A stretch of DNA of 37,153 nt from Alphaproteobacteria bacterium (GTDB taxonomy: Bacteria > Pseudomonadota > Alphaproteobacteria > Acetobacterales > Acetobacteraceae), in the NCBI GenBank assembly GCA_026400775.1, contig JAPLOK010000250.1:1-37153 (forward strand), in the 5' to 3' direction. Under the pieces are notes generated by a model, which saw only the letters and a list, made by a program, of their open reading frames with translations, searched no databases and had not been told where the DNA came from. The stretch's first letter is position 1. Every line of letters starts with the position of its first letter. Both the position numbers and the translations under genes were made by a program. This document shows positions 1 through 9,106 of this stretch, in pieces.

Positions 1-350
1 AAGAACACGGCGATGTTCGCCGACGCGCCCGAATGCGGCTGCACATTGGCGAAGAAGCAGCCGAACAATTCCTTGGCGCGCTCGATCGCCAGCGTCTCCG
101 CCACATCGACGAATTCGCAACCGCCGTAATAGCGGCGCCCGGCATAACCCTCGGCGTATTTGTTGGTCAGCACCGAGCCCTGGGCTTCCAGCACCGCGCG
201 GCTGACGATGTTCTCGCTGGCGATCAGCTCGATGCCGTCCTGCTGGCGCACGAGTTCATCGCCGATGGCGGCCGCGAGTTCCGGGTCGGTCTCGGCCACG
301 CCGGCCTGGAAGAATCGCTGCGGAACAAAACGGGCGGAGGTCTCGTTCAT
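1..350 (-). CDS. glyA: Serine hydroxymethyltransferase (5' part; runs off the window start)
   Basis: Not in the ORF track. Manual translation from the ATG at 350 gives [82 protein letters not shown]...NVQPHSG, with the SHMT hallmark motifs LIASEN, NKYAEGY, RYYGG and NVQPHSG. Confidence 0.97.
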   Translation of the reverse strand, partial: MNETSARFVPQRFFQAGVAETDPELAAAIGDELVRQQDGIELIASENIVSRAVLEAQGSVLTNKYAEGYAGRRYYGGCEFVDVAETLAIERAKELFGCFFANVQPHSGASANIAVF

Positions 351-415
351 GGGTTTGCCTTCAAGCTTTGCGTGGGGTTTACCACGGATGCGCGGGCCTG
401 GGATATGCGGGCGGG

Positions 416-844
416 TTACGGCGTGTCCAGCTTGGCGATGCGGCGTTCGTGGCGGCCGCCCTCGAAGGGTGTGGCCAGGAAGGCGGCCAGCGCGTCCAGC
501 GCCACTTCCACACCGGTGGTGCGACCGCCGAAGCAGGCGATGTTGGCGTTGTTGTGGGCGCGCGTCAGCCGCGCCTCGGTGGCATTGTGCAGCACGGCGG
601 CGCGAATGCCGGGCACGCGGTTCGCTGCCATGCACATGCCGATGCCGCTGCCACAGACCAGCACGCCGAAATCGGCGCCGGCCTGCACCGCAGCCGTCAC
701 GGGGGCTGCGAAATCGGGGTAGTCCACGCTGGCGGTGCCGTCGGTGCCGTGGTCGGTCACGTCATGGCCCTGGGCACGCATGGCGGCCACCAGCGCACGC
801 TTGAGTTCCACACCGCCATGATCGGCGCCGATTGCGATCTTCAT
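416..844 (-). CDS. rpiB: Ribose-5-phosphate isomerase B
   Basis: Motifs [29 protein letters not shown] and [10 protein letters not shown]; rpiB-glyA adjacency is common. Confidence 0.96.
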   Translation of the reverse strand: MKIAIGADHGGVELKRALVAAMRAQGHDVTDHGTDGTASVDYPDFAAPVTAAVQAGADFGVLVCGSGIGMCMAANRVPGIRAAVLHNATEARLTRAHNNANIACFGGRTTGVEVALDALAAFLATPFEGGRHERRIAKLDTP

Positions 845-853
845 GCGCAGCTT

Positions 854-2071
854 CTAACCCGCGCGCGCATCCTTCACCACCCGCCCGGCCTGCATCACGA
901 AGCCGATCTCGCGCGCCAGCGTGCCCATGTCGCGCAGCGGGTCCGCATCCGGGATGATCAGGTCGGCATAGGCGCCGGGCGCGATGGCGCCGATGCGCCC
1001 TTCCATGCGCAGCAGCCTCGCCGCGTGGCAGGTGGTGGAACGGATGACCTCCATCGCGTCCAGCACTTCGGCGCGGATCACGAATTCCTCCGACTGGCGG
1101 CGATGCATCTCGCCCAGCAGGTCGGTGCCGAAGGCCATGGTCAGGCCGGCATCGCGCATCACTTCCAGGCTACGCAGCCCGGCCAGCCGCACATCATCAA
1201 TCTTGGCCACCGATTCCGGCGGCAGGCCAAGGGCCGCGCCCTCCTGCTTCAGCGCCTGGTAGGTGACCAGCGTGGGGCAGGCGATGGCGCCGCGCGCGGC
1301 GGCCAGCGCCGCGGTTTCCGGCGTGATCAGGTTGCAATGCTCCAGGCTGCGCACGCCGCATTCCACCGCGCGGCGGATCGCCGCATCGGTGTAGAGATGC
1401 GCCGCCACATAGGTCTGCGCGCTTTCCGCTTCTTCCACCGCGGCCAGCAATTCCTCGCGCGAGAAACCCAGGAAGGCGATGGGGTCGGTGGGGGATGCCA
1501 CGCCGCCATTGGCCATGAGCTTGATATAGTCGGCGCCCGCCTTGATCTCCTCGCGGCAGGCGCGGCGCACGGCGTCCACGCCATCCACCACGCGGCCCAG
1601 CGCGCCCAGGCGCGGGGCGAACCATTCGGCATCGCGCGTGTCGTAGCGGCCGCGGATATCGGCATGCCCGCCGGTCTGCGACAGCGCCTTGCCGCACAGC
1701 ACCAGGCGCGGCCCTTCGAACAGCCCCTCCTCCCAGGCCAGGCGCAGGCCGAGCGTGGCGCCGCCCAGGTCGCGCACGGTGGTGAAGCCGCGCATCAGCA
1801 TGCCGTGCATGATCCGCGCGGCACGATGCGCCACCAGGCCATCGGGCAGCATCGCGTTCTGCGCGACATTCACAATGGTCGCGATCACATGCACATGCGC
1901 GTCGATCAGGCCAGGCATCAACGTGGCCCCGTGCAGGTCGATCACGCGCGCGGCCGCGGCGCGGATCGGCGTGTCGGAGACCTCATGGATCAGGCCGTTC
2001 TCGACCAGCACATGGCCGGCGCGCGGGCCGGCGCCGTCGAGGAGGGTGGCATTGGCGAAAAGGGTACTCAT
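854..2071 (-). CDS. Metal-dependent amidohydrolase (prolidase-like family)
   Basis: PGLIDAHVH metal-binding motif, GFTTVRDLGG, IKLMANGGV, AAH, SLEHC, FGTD and G.I..G.YADL. Confidence 0.9.
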   Translation of the reverse strand: MSTLFANATLLDGAGPRAGHVLVENGLIHEVSDTPIRAAAARVIDLHGATLMPGLIDAHVHVIATIVNVAQNAMLPDGLVAHRAARIMHGMLMRGFTTVRDLGGATLGLRLAWEEGLFEGPRLVLCGKALSQTGGHADIRGRYDTRDAEWFAPRLGALGRVVDGVDAVRRACREEIKAGADYIKLMANGGVASPTDPIAFLGFSREELLAAVEEAESAQTYVAAHLYTDAAIRRAVECGVRSLEHCNLITPETAALAAARGAIACPTLVTYQALKQEGAALGLPPESVAKIDDVRLAGLRSLEVMRDAGLTMAFGTDLLGEMHRRQSEEFVIRAEVLDAMEVIRSTTCHAARLLRMEGRIGAIAPGAYADLIIPDADPLRDMGTLAREIGFVMQAGRVVKDARAG

Positions 2072-2104
2072 GCGGCGCAGCCTAACGCCGGGTGGCGCGC
2101 AGGG

Positions 2105-2809
2105 CTACACGATGCGCCGGCCGCCCTGCCCGCGCCAGGCCGGCCCGCGATCATGAAGGAGGCCGATCGCATCAGGATTGAACTGCTTTGGCAGCAGGCA
2201 CTGTTTCAGCGCCATCTCGGCGGCGATCAGCCGGTCGTATTCGGCGCCCTTGCGCTGCTTGCCCAGGCGCGCGCGGTCGTCGGCGGTCGCGCCCAACGCC
2301 CCGGCGACATGCGCCAATTCATGCACGAGCGTCGCGGCCAGCTTGATGTCGCCGGCCAGGCAATCCTCACCGATGGCGATCTTGGTCCAGTTCTCGCCCC
2401 GGTCATTCTGCCCGCTCGCCAGCTGCTCCGCGGAGGCCACATCGCCCGCGGGGTTCGGTGAGCCATCGCTGCTGGCCGGTTTCCAGTAATGGATCCTCAC
2501 CTGCCAGCCGAGCAGCTCCTTCAGCGACAAGCCTTTCGACAGGCTCGTGAAATAGGTGTTGCAAGGCGCGTATTCCGCGCATTTGCCGACAATGTAGAGC
2601 AAGGCCGCCTCGAAGCGCGCAAGCACGTCGATAGAGGCCTTGTCGGTGTATGTCGGAAGCAGCGGCGATGGGGTCAGCACCTTGGGAAACAGCGAGAGGT
2701 TGTAGGTCACGCCTGCCACAACGCGGCTCAAGCTCTCGACACTGTCACCCTTGTAAGGGCCCACCAGGCCGCCGATGGTCCAACCCTCCGGTATCGCGCT
2801 CTTGCCCAT
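2105..2809 (-). CDS. Hypothetical protein with a zincin HExxH motif
   Basis: LAATLVHELAHVAGA followed by a downstream Glu (AAEMAL); GGAGG Shine-Dalgarno 6 nt before the ATG; fills the gap between two real genes on the same strand. Confidence 0.65.
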   Translation of the reverse strand: MGKSAIPEGWTIGGLVGPYKGDSVESLSRVVAGVTYNLSLFPKVLTPSPLLPTYTDKASIDVLARFEAALLYIVGKCAEYAPCNTYFTSLSKGLSLKELLGWQVRIHYWKPASSDGSPNPAGDVASAEQLASGQNDRGENWTKIAIGEDCLAGDIKLAATLVHELAHVAGALGATADDRARLGKQRKGAEYDRLIAAEMALKQCLLPKQFNPDAIGLLHDRGPAWRGQGGRRIV

Positions 2810-2898
2810 CGCCTGCCTCCGTGATGAGGCAGGTTTTCATGCATGCGAAACGGGCCACAACATCCATCCGTATGACGCCGTGTCACATCAGCGAGAGG

Positions 2899-3270
2899 TC
2901 AGCGCGGCCGCAGCGTTTCCTGGCCCGTGGCCTGCGAACCCAGGATGGTCCAGGTGCCGACCAGCTCACCATTCGGGCGCAGCTCGTACATGCCCATGCC
3001 GGTCTGCTCGCCAAGCTGGAACACCACGCCCAGCATCAACCCGCTGACCATGCCCGCACCCTCGATCACGTTGCCGGCGATGGTCCAGCTGATGCGGAAG
3101 CTGGACAGTCCGACCTGCTGCAGTTGCAGCATGCCGACATATTCGGAGCCATCCGGATTGCGGCCGGACACGTCGTACATGCCGCTGCGCTGCGCCATCG
3201 CGGGCGAGGCAACCAGCAGGAGCAGGGTCAGGATTCGAAGCAGGCGCATGGCCGCCTTGTAGCGCATCAT
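2899..3270 (-). CDS. Small secreted beta-rich hypothetical protein
   Basis: The ATG overlaps the pyk stop (ATGA). Signal peptide MRLLRILTLLLLVASPAMA, then YDVSGRNPDGSEYVG...LVGTWT...GQETLRP. The ORF-track extension to 3672 lies inside pyk and is ignored. Confidence 0.75.
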   Translation of the reverse strand: MMRYKAAMRLLRILTLLLLVASPAMAQRSGMYDVSGRNPDGSEYVGMLQLQQVGLSSFRISWTIAGNVIEGAGMVSGLMLGVVFQLGEQTGMGMYELRPNGELVGTWTILGSQATGQETLRPR

Positions 3271-4700
3271 TTGACCACCGCCACCCTCAATGCGTTGGTG
3301 GTGCCCGGCGTGCCGAAGGGCACGCCGGCGGTAACGACGATTTCCTGGCCCGCCCGCGCGAAGCCCTCGGCGATAGCGGCCCGGCTGGCTCTGCGCACCA
3401 TCTCGGTCATGGAGTGAATCTCCTCGACGACCAGCGGGTGCACGCCCCAGACGCAGGCCAGGCGGCGCGCGGTTTGCATCGACATGGACAGGCCCAGGAT
3501 CGGGCAGTCCGGCCGCTCGCGCGCGACACGCAAGGTGGTGCTGCCGGTGCTGGTGAAGGTAGCGATGGCCTCCGCGCCGATGGTGTGCGCGACCTGCCGG
3601 GCGGCTGCGGAAATGGCGTCCGCGCTGTTCTTTTCGGGCGCGGGGCGCTGCGCGTCGGTGCTGCTGCGCCAATGCGGATCATCCTCCACGCGGGCGATGA
3701 TGCGCGACATGATGTCCACCGATTCGATGGGGTATTGGCCATCCGCCGTTTCGGCCGACAGCATCACGCAATCGGCGCCATCGAACACCGCCGTCGCGAC
3801 GTCCGAGGCTTCCGCGCGCGTCGGGCTCGGTGCGGTGATCATGCTCTCCAGCATCTGCGTCGCCACCACCACGGGCTTGCCGAGCGCGCGCGCGGCGCGC
3901 ACCAGGCGCTTCTGCACCAGCGGCACTTCCTCGGTCGGCAATTCCACGCCCAGGTCGCCGCGCGCCACCATGACGCAATCGGCCAGCGCCAGGATCGCGT
4001 CGAGGTTTTCCACCGCCTGCGGCTTTTCCATCTTCACCATGATCAGCGCGCGGCCGGCGGCGATCGCGCGGGCTTCCTCCACATCCTCCGCGCGCTGCAC
4101 GAAGGACAGTCCGACATACTCGATGCCCAGCGGCAGGATGAAATCGAGATCCGCGCGGTCCTTCTCGGTCAGTGCGGGAATGGGCAGTGCTACATCGGGC
4201 ACGTTCACGCCCTTGCGGTCCGACAGCGCGCCGCCATGCACCACCTCAGTCTCCAGATGGTCGCCAGGGCGGGCATGCACCACGCGCAGGCGCAGCTTGC
4301 CGTCATCCAGAAGCAGGGTGGTGCCGATGCGCGCGGCCTCGATGATCTCGGGGTGCGGCAGTTGCACGCGGCTTGCATCGCCAGGCGTGGGCGACAGGTC
4401 CAGCCGGAAGCGCTGCCCCGCGGCCAGCGTGACGCGCCCGCTGGAGAACTTGCCCACGCGCAGCTTCGGCCCCTGCACATCGGCCAGCACGCCGATCGGG
4501 CGGCCGAGTTTTCCCTCCACGGCGCGGATCGTGGCCAGGCGCGCGGCATGGTCCTCGTGGCTGCCATGGCTGAAATTCAGCCGGAACACATCGGCGCCGG
4601 CGCGATACAGGCGCTCGATCATCTCCGGCGCGGAACTCGCCGGGCCGAGGGTCGCGATGATCTTGGTGCGCCTATACCGACGCACTGGAATGCGGGCCAT
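3267..4700 (-). CDS. pyk: Pyruvate kinase
   Basis: RTKIIATLGPAS, FRLNFSHG, DVQGPKLR, MVARGDLGVE, ATQMLESM, PTRAEASDV, MLSAETA. Confidence 0.98.
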   Translation of the reverse strand: MARIPVRRYRRTKIIATLGPASSAPEMIERLYRAGADVFRLNFSHGSHEDHAARLATIRAVEGKLGRPIGVLADVQGPKLRVGKFSSGRVTLAAGQRFRLDLSPTPGDASRVQLPHPEIIEAARIGTTLLLDDGKLRLRVVHARPGDHLETEVVHGGALSDRKGVNVPDVALPIPALTEKDRADLDFILPLGIEYVGLSFVQRAEDVEEARAIAAGRALIMVKMEKPQAVENLDAILALADCVMVARGDLGVELPTEEVPLVQKRLVRAARALGKPVVVATQMLESMITAPSPTRAEASDVATAVFDGADCVMLSAETADGQYPIESVDIMSRIIARVEDDPHWRSSTDAQRPAPEKNSADAISAAARQVAHTIGAEAIATFTSTGSTTLRVARERPDCPILGLSMSMQTARRLACVWGVHPLVVEEIHSMTEMVRRASRAAIAEGFARAGQEIVVTAGVPFGTPGTTNALRVAVVK

Positions 4701-4705
4701 GGTCT

Positions 4706-5977
4706 CTACTCCCTCGCCACGATCACGGCGCGCAAATCATTCACATTGGTCAATGTAGGGCCGGTGCGCATCAGCGTGCCGGCGGCCTCGAACACATCAT
4801 GGCTACGATGCGCGAGCAGCGCGTCGTGCGCATCGATCCCAGCGCGCGCGAGCGTGTCGGGGAATAGCATCGCGCCCGCGGATGGGCTGCGGCCATCGAT
4901 CCCGTCGCTGTCGGCGCACATCGCCCAGATGCCGGGTGCTGCGTTCAATTCCAGCGCCATGCCGAGCAGGCATTCGGTGTTGCGCCCGCCGCTGCCCACG
5001 GTGCCTTTCTGCATGGTCACCGTGGTCTCGCCGCCCGAAAGCAGCACGCGCGGCGCGCCCTTCGAGGCCAGCGCGCGCCGCGCATGATCCGCGCCCAATT
5101 CGCGCGCCTCGCCCTCCAGCGCATCACCCAGCATGAAGGGCGTCAGGCCTTGCGCGCGCGCGGCTTCGGCCATCGCATCCAGCGCCATGCGGGGTGTTGC
5201 GATCATGCGGAATTCGGCGCGCTCCAGGCGCGGGTCGCCGGGCTTCACGCTCTCCTCCGCGCCGCGGTCGAGATGGGCGCGCGCGGCGGGCGGAAGGTCC
5301 ATGCCGAAGCTCGCCACATGGCCGCGCGCCTGTTCGAAGGTGGTGGCGTCCGGCACTGTGGGGCCGGACGCGATCACCGCCGGGTCATCGCCCGGCACAT
5401 CGGAAATCGCGAGCGTCACCACGCGCGCGGGATGCGCCGCCGCCGCCAAACGCCCTCCGGAAAACGCCGAGAGATGCTTGCGGATGCAGTTCATCACGCC
5501 GATCGGCGCGCCGCTGCGCAGCAGCTCGCGATTCACCGCGATCATGTCATCCAGCGTCAGCCCCGGCGCGGGCAGCGTGGACAAGGATGAGCCGCCGCCC
5601 GAAATCAGCGCCAGCACCAGATCGTCGGCGGTCAGCCCCTGCACCAGCGCCAGCATCTCGGCCGCGGCGGCCGCACCCGGCGCGTCGGGCGTGGGGTGGT
5701 TGGCCTGGCGCATGGCGATGCGCCGCGCCGGGGGGTCGGGCAGGTCGGCGCCGTGGGTGGTGACGACCACGCCGGTCAGCGCGCGATCCGCCCAGGCGCG
5801 CTCCACCGCCAATGCCATTTTCGCGGCCGCCTTACCGGCGCCGACCACGATGATGCGGCCGCGCGGCGGTTCGGGCAGATGCGGCGCCAGGCAGGCCAGC
5901 GGGTCCGCCGCCGCCAGGGCCGCCTGCCACATGGCGAGCAGCGCGGCCTGCGCGCGCGCGTCATTCCAGTCCGACAA
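4706..5977 (-). CDS. Glycerate 2-kinase (MOFRL/TtuD family)
   Basis: GAGKAAAKMA, HPTPD, LISGGGSSL, IRKHLS, ISDVPGDD..IASGPT, GGETTV, GGRN, DSDGIDG, TGPTLTNVND. Start placed at TTG 5977 with AGAGGAGG upstream. Confidence 0.92.
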   Translation of the reverse strand: MSDWNDARAQAALLAMWQAALAAADPLACLAPHLPEPPRGRIIVVGAGKAAAKMALAVERAWADRALTGVVVTTHGADLPDPPARRIAMRQANHPTPDAPGAAAAAEMLALVQGLTADDLVLALISGGGSSLSTLPAPGLTLDDMIAVNRELLRSGAPIGVMNCIRKHLSAFSGGRLAAAAHPARVVTLAISDVPGDDPAVIASGPTVPDATTFEQARGHVASFGMDLPPAARAHLDRGAEESVKPGDPRLERAEFRMIATPRMALDAMAEAARAQGLTPFMLGDALEGEARELGADHARRALASKGAPRVLLSGGETTVTMQKGTVGSGGRNTECLLGMALELNAAPGIWAMCADSDGIDGRSPSAGAMLFPDTLARAGIDAHDALLAHRSHDVFEAAGTLMRTGPTLTNVNDLRAVIVARE

Positions 5978-6107
5978 CGGTGCCTCCTCTACCGCGCACA
6001 GTGTAGCGAGGCACGACGCGCGGCACAGCCCCGCTTGATGCGGGCCGCGAAGGCACACTTGATGCGCTCCGCGCGGGGCCGCACATACCGCACAAAGGAG
6101 ACACGCC

Positions 6108-6455
6108 ATGCCCGCAGCACAACCCGAAGCCGACATGACCGCCGGCGCCGCCGCCGCGCTCGACACCGCCACCCGCGACCGGATCGAGGCCGCGGCCTTC
6201 CGCAAGCTGGTGCAGCATCTGCGCGACAAGCCGGAGGTGCAGAATATCGACCTGATGAACCTGGCGGATTTCTGCCGCAACTGCCTGTCGCGCTGGTACC
6301 AGGAAGCAGCGGCGGATGCGGGTGTGTCTCTGGAAACGCCGGCGGCGCGGGAGGTGCTCTACGGCATGCCCTACAAGGAGTGGCAGGCGCTGCACCAGAA
6401 GGAAGCGAGTGCTGAGCAGAAGGCGGCGTTCGCGGCGAAGAATCCGGGGCATTGA
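6108..6455 (+). CDS. DUF1244 family protein
   Basis: IEAAAFRKLVQHLR...VQNIDLMNLADFCRNCLSRWY...REVLYGMPYKEW family signature; AAGGAG RBS. Confidence 0.9.
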   Translation: MPAAQPEADMTAGAAAALDTATRDRIEAAAFRKLVQHLRDKPEVQNIDLMNLADFCRNCLSRWYQEAAADAGVSLETPAAREVLYGMPYKEWQALHQKEASAEQKAAFAAKNPGH

Positions 6456-7414
6456 AGCCCGCTGACATCACGCGCGCCATCGACGCCCAGACCAAGCCCC
6501 CCGGCAGCCTGGGCGCGCTGGAGCCGCTGATGGCCCAGCTCGCCGCCACGCAGCGCACGCTGCGCCCCGCGCTGGGCCAGCCGCATATGCTGCTGTTCGG
6601 CGCCGATCATGGCGGCGGCGTCTCGGCCTATCCGCGCGCGGTGACAGCCGCGATGATGGCCAATATCGCCGGCGGCGGCGCTGCCATTTCCGTGCTGTGC
6701 CGCGCGCAGGGCATCGCGCTGCATGTGGTCGATGCGGGCGTGGATTGGGATGCGCCGCCGCCTGGCATTATCGCGCGCAGCATCGCGCGCGGCACGCGCG
6801 ACATGCTGGCAGGCCCGGCGATGACCGCTGTTCAATGCCGCGCCGCGAAGCAGGCCGGTGCCGCGCTGGTGGCCGCCTTGCCCGTTACTGATCGCGTGGT
6901 GGGTTTCGGCGAAATGGGCATCGGCAACACGACGGCCGCGGCGTGCATCACCCAGGCCATCACCGGCATTGATGCGGTGGGGCGCGGCACGGGTGTGGCC
7001 GGCGCGGCGCTGGCGCGCAAGCGGCGCCTGGTGCGCGACGCATTGGTCCGCCATGCCGGCGCCGAGCCGCTGGCCGCGATGGGCGGCTTCGAGATCGCGA
7101 TGACGGCAGGCGCGATGGAGCAGGCCGCGCGCGATGGCCGCATCATCGTGGTCGATGGCTTCGTCGCCACCGCCGCCTGGCTGGCGGCCCGGCCGCGCGC
7201 GCGGCTGCTGGCGCATTCGGTCTTCGCGCATGTCTCGGCGGAGCGCGGGCATCGCGCGGTGCTGCGCAGCCTGGGCGTGCGCGCCTTGCTGGATCTGGAG
7301 ATGCGCCTGGGCGAAGGCTCCGGCGCGGCGCTGGCGATTCCGCTGGTGCTCTCGGCGGCCGCGCTGCTGTGCGAGATGGCCACCTTCGACAGCGCCGGCA
7401 TCCCCGATGCGTGA
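6452..7414 (+). CDS. cobT: Nicotinate-nucleotide-dimethylbenzimidazole phosphoribosyltransferase
   Basis: TKPPGSLGALE, ADHG, GGAAI, GEMGIGNTTAA, GRGTG, GGFEI, VDGF, MRLGEGSGA; TTG start overlaps the DUF1244 stop. Confidence 0.95.
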   Translation: MKPADITRAIDAQTKPPGSLGALEPLMAQLAATQRTLRPALGQPHMLLFGADHGGGVSAYPRAVTAAMMANIAGGGAAISVLCRAQGIALHVVDAGVDWDAPPPGIIARSIARGTRDMLAGPAMTAVQCRAAKQAGAALVAALPVTDRVVGFGEMGIGNTTAAACITQAITGIDAVGRGTGVAGAALARKRRLVRDALVRHAGAEPLAAMGGFEIAMTAGAMEQAARDGRIIVVDGFVATAAWLAARPRARLLAHSVFAHVSAERGHRAVLRSLGVRALLDLEMRLGEGSGAALAIPLVLSAAALLCEMATFDSAGIPDA

Positions 7415-8150
7415 AGCCCGCGCGGCGTTGATGGCGGTGATGTTCCTCACCCGCATCCCGGTCCCGTCCCTGCCCGATTTCCGCGACGAAGACCTCCAGG
7501 CCGCCGCGCGCTGGTTTCCTGCCGTGGGCGCTCTGGTGGGCGCTGCGCAGGCCATGGTGCTGCTGGGCGCGGCGCTGATCCTGCCGCCGATGGTCGCGGC
7601 ACTTCTGGCGCTCGGGGCCGCACTGATGATCACAGGCGCCTTCCACGAGGACGGCCTGGCCGATGCGGTGGACGGCCTGGGCGGCGGCTACACGCGCGAA
7701 CGCGTGCTGACGATCATGAAGGACAGCCGCATCGGCAGCTTCGGTGCCGCCGCGCTGGTCATCGCGCTGGCGCTGCAGGCGGTGGTGCTGGCGGAGCTGT
7801 TGGCGCTGCCCGCGGCCATCATCGCCGCCCACGCGGCCAGCCGTTTCGTGGCACTCTCCATCATGGCAACGCAGGATTACGTGCGCGACGATGACAGCGC
7901 GCGCGCCAAGCCGCTGGCCACGCGCATCGGTGCCGGCGGCCTGGCATTCGGCGCCGTCACGGCCTTGCTGCCCGCGCTGTTCCTGCCCTGGCAGGCGGCC
8001 TGCGCGGGGGCGGGCGCGATGCTCGCCGCGCGCATCTATTGGGGCTGGGTCTGCCGCCGGCGTCTGGGCGGCTACACCGGTGACATGCTGGGCGCCGCAC
8101 AACAGATCAGCTTCACCGCCGGGCTGCTGGGCGTGGTGGCGGCGTCGTGA
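7407..8150 (+). CDS. cobS: Adenosylcobinamide-GDP ribazoletransferase (cobalamin synthase)
   Basis: FLTRIP, TGAFHEDGLADAVDGLGG, IMKDSRIGSFG, LGGYTGDMLGA; ATG at 7407 overlaps the end of cobT. Confidence 0.95.
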   Translation: MREARAALMAVMFLTRIPVPSLPDFRDEDLQAAARWFPAVGALVGAAQAMVLLGAALILPPMVAALLALGAALMITGAFHEDGLADAVDGLGGGYTRERVLTIMKDSRIGSFGAAALVIALALQAVVLAELLALPAAIIAAHAASRFVALSIMATQDYVRDDDSARAKPLATRIGAGGLAFGAVTALLPALFLPWQAACAGAGAMLAARIYWGWVCRRRLGGYTGDMLGAAQQISFTAGLLGVVAAS

Positions 8151-8181
8151 CGCGGCTAGGCGCGGCGCGCCACAGGCTGGC

Positions 8182-8661
8182 ATGATCTGGCTGTTGCGGC
8201 ACCACGCGGTGCAGGTCGCGCCAGGCACCTGTTATGGCCGGCTGGATGTGCCGCTGTCGGAACCCGCGCGCGCCGTGCGGCTGCCGGAAGCTGTGCCGGT
8301 CATCTCCTCGCCCGCGCGGCGCTGCGCGAAACTGGCCGCAGCCAGCGCCCCCGCCTTCACCACCGATGCGCGCCTGCTGGAACTGGATTTCGGCGAATGG
8401 GAGGGCCGCGCCTGGGACGATATCCCGCGGCCCGCGCTGGACGAATGGGCCGCCGACCCTTGGGGCTTCGCACCACCTGGCGGCGAGAACGGGCACGCGC
8501 TTCTGGCCCGCGTGCGAGCCTTCTGGGATACGGCGCCAAGGCCCCTGGTCATCATCTCCCATGGCGGGCCGCTGCGCCTGCTGCGCGCCCTGGCCGAGGA
8601 CCGCACGCCCGACATCCTGGAACCACCCCCGCCCCTGGGCGCGGTGCTGCACATCCGCTAA
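8182..8661 (+). CDS. cobC: Histidine phosphatase, probable alpha-ribazole/adenosylcobalamin phosphatase
   Basis: LLRH, CYGRLDVPL, SSPARRC, LLELDFGEWEG, PPGGE, ISHGG; lies directly after cobT-cobS. Confidence 0.75.
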   Translation: MIWLLRHHAVQVAPGTCYGRLDVPLSEPARAVRLPEAVPVISSPARRCAKLAAASAPAFTTDARLLELDFGEWEGRAWDDIPRPALDEWAADPWGFAPPGGENGHALLARVRAFWDTAPRPLVIISHGGPLRLLRALAEDRTPDILEPPPPLGAVLHIR

Positions 8662-8687
8662 ACCGCCCCACCCTGAAAGGAACCACC

Positions 8688-8942
8688 ATGGCCAAGCCGG
8701 CAACCGAGGTGGGCGGCATCGCCGCTGACCGCCTGCGCAGCATCATCGAGCGCATCGAACGCCTGGAGGAGGAGCGCAAGGCGCTCGCTTCCGACATCAA
8801 GGACATCTACGCCGAAGCCAAATCAGCCGGTTTCGACACCAAGGTGGTGCGGCAGATCATCTCCATCCGCAAGAAGGAACCGGCGGAAGTGGAGGAGCAG
8901 GAGACCCTGCTGGATCTCTACAAGCGCGCGCTGGGGATGTAG
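8688..8942 (+). CDS. DUF2312 / GapR-like nucleoid-associated protein
   Basis: AADRLRSIIERIERLEEERKALASDIKDIYAEAKSAGFDTKVVRQII...LDLYKRALGM; AAAGGA RBS. Confidence 0.92.
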   Translation: MAKPATEVGGIAADRLRSIIERIERLEEERKALASDIKDIYAEAKSAGFDTKVVRQIISIRKKEPAEVEEQETLLDLYKRALGM

Positions 8943-9106
8943 CGCCGGCCGCATGGCCAAGGCGCCGAACGGCGCCCGCCGCAACTGCGGCGAGCCAAGC
9001 TATGGAACGTCGCGCCCGGCGATTGAGGGCGCATGCTGTGGAGTTGACCGCGCCGCCGCGCGGGTGGACGCTGCCCGCATGGACGGCATGCTGACCGGAG
9101 CTGACC

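Noticed and set aside
368-2461. Long alternative ORFs such as 368-2461(+), 3414-5087(+), 18943-21237(+), 22464-23867(+), 28885-30915(-) and 33007-34842(-)
   Set aside because: They are antisense shadows of well-supported genes, expected in high-GC DNA with strong codon bias, and show no recognisable motifs.
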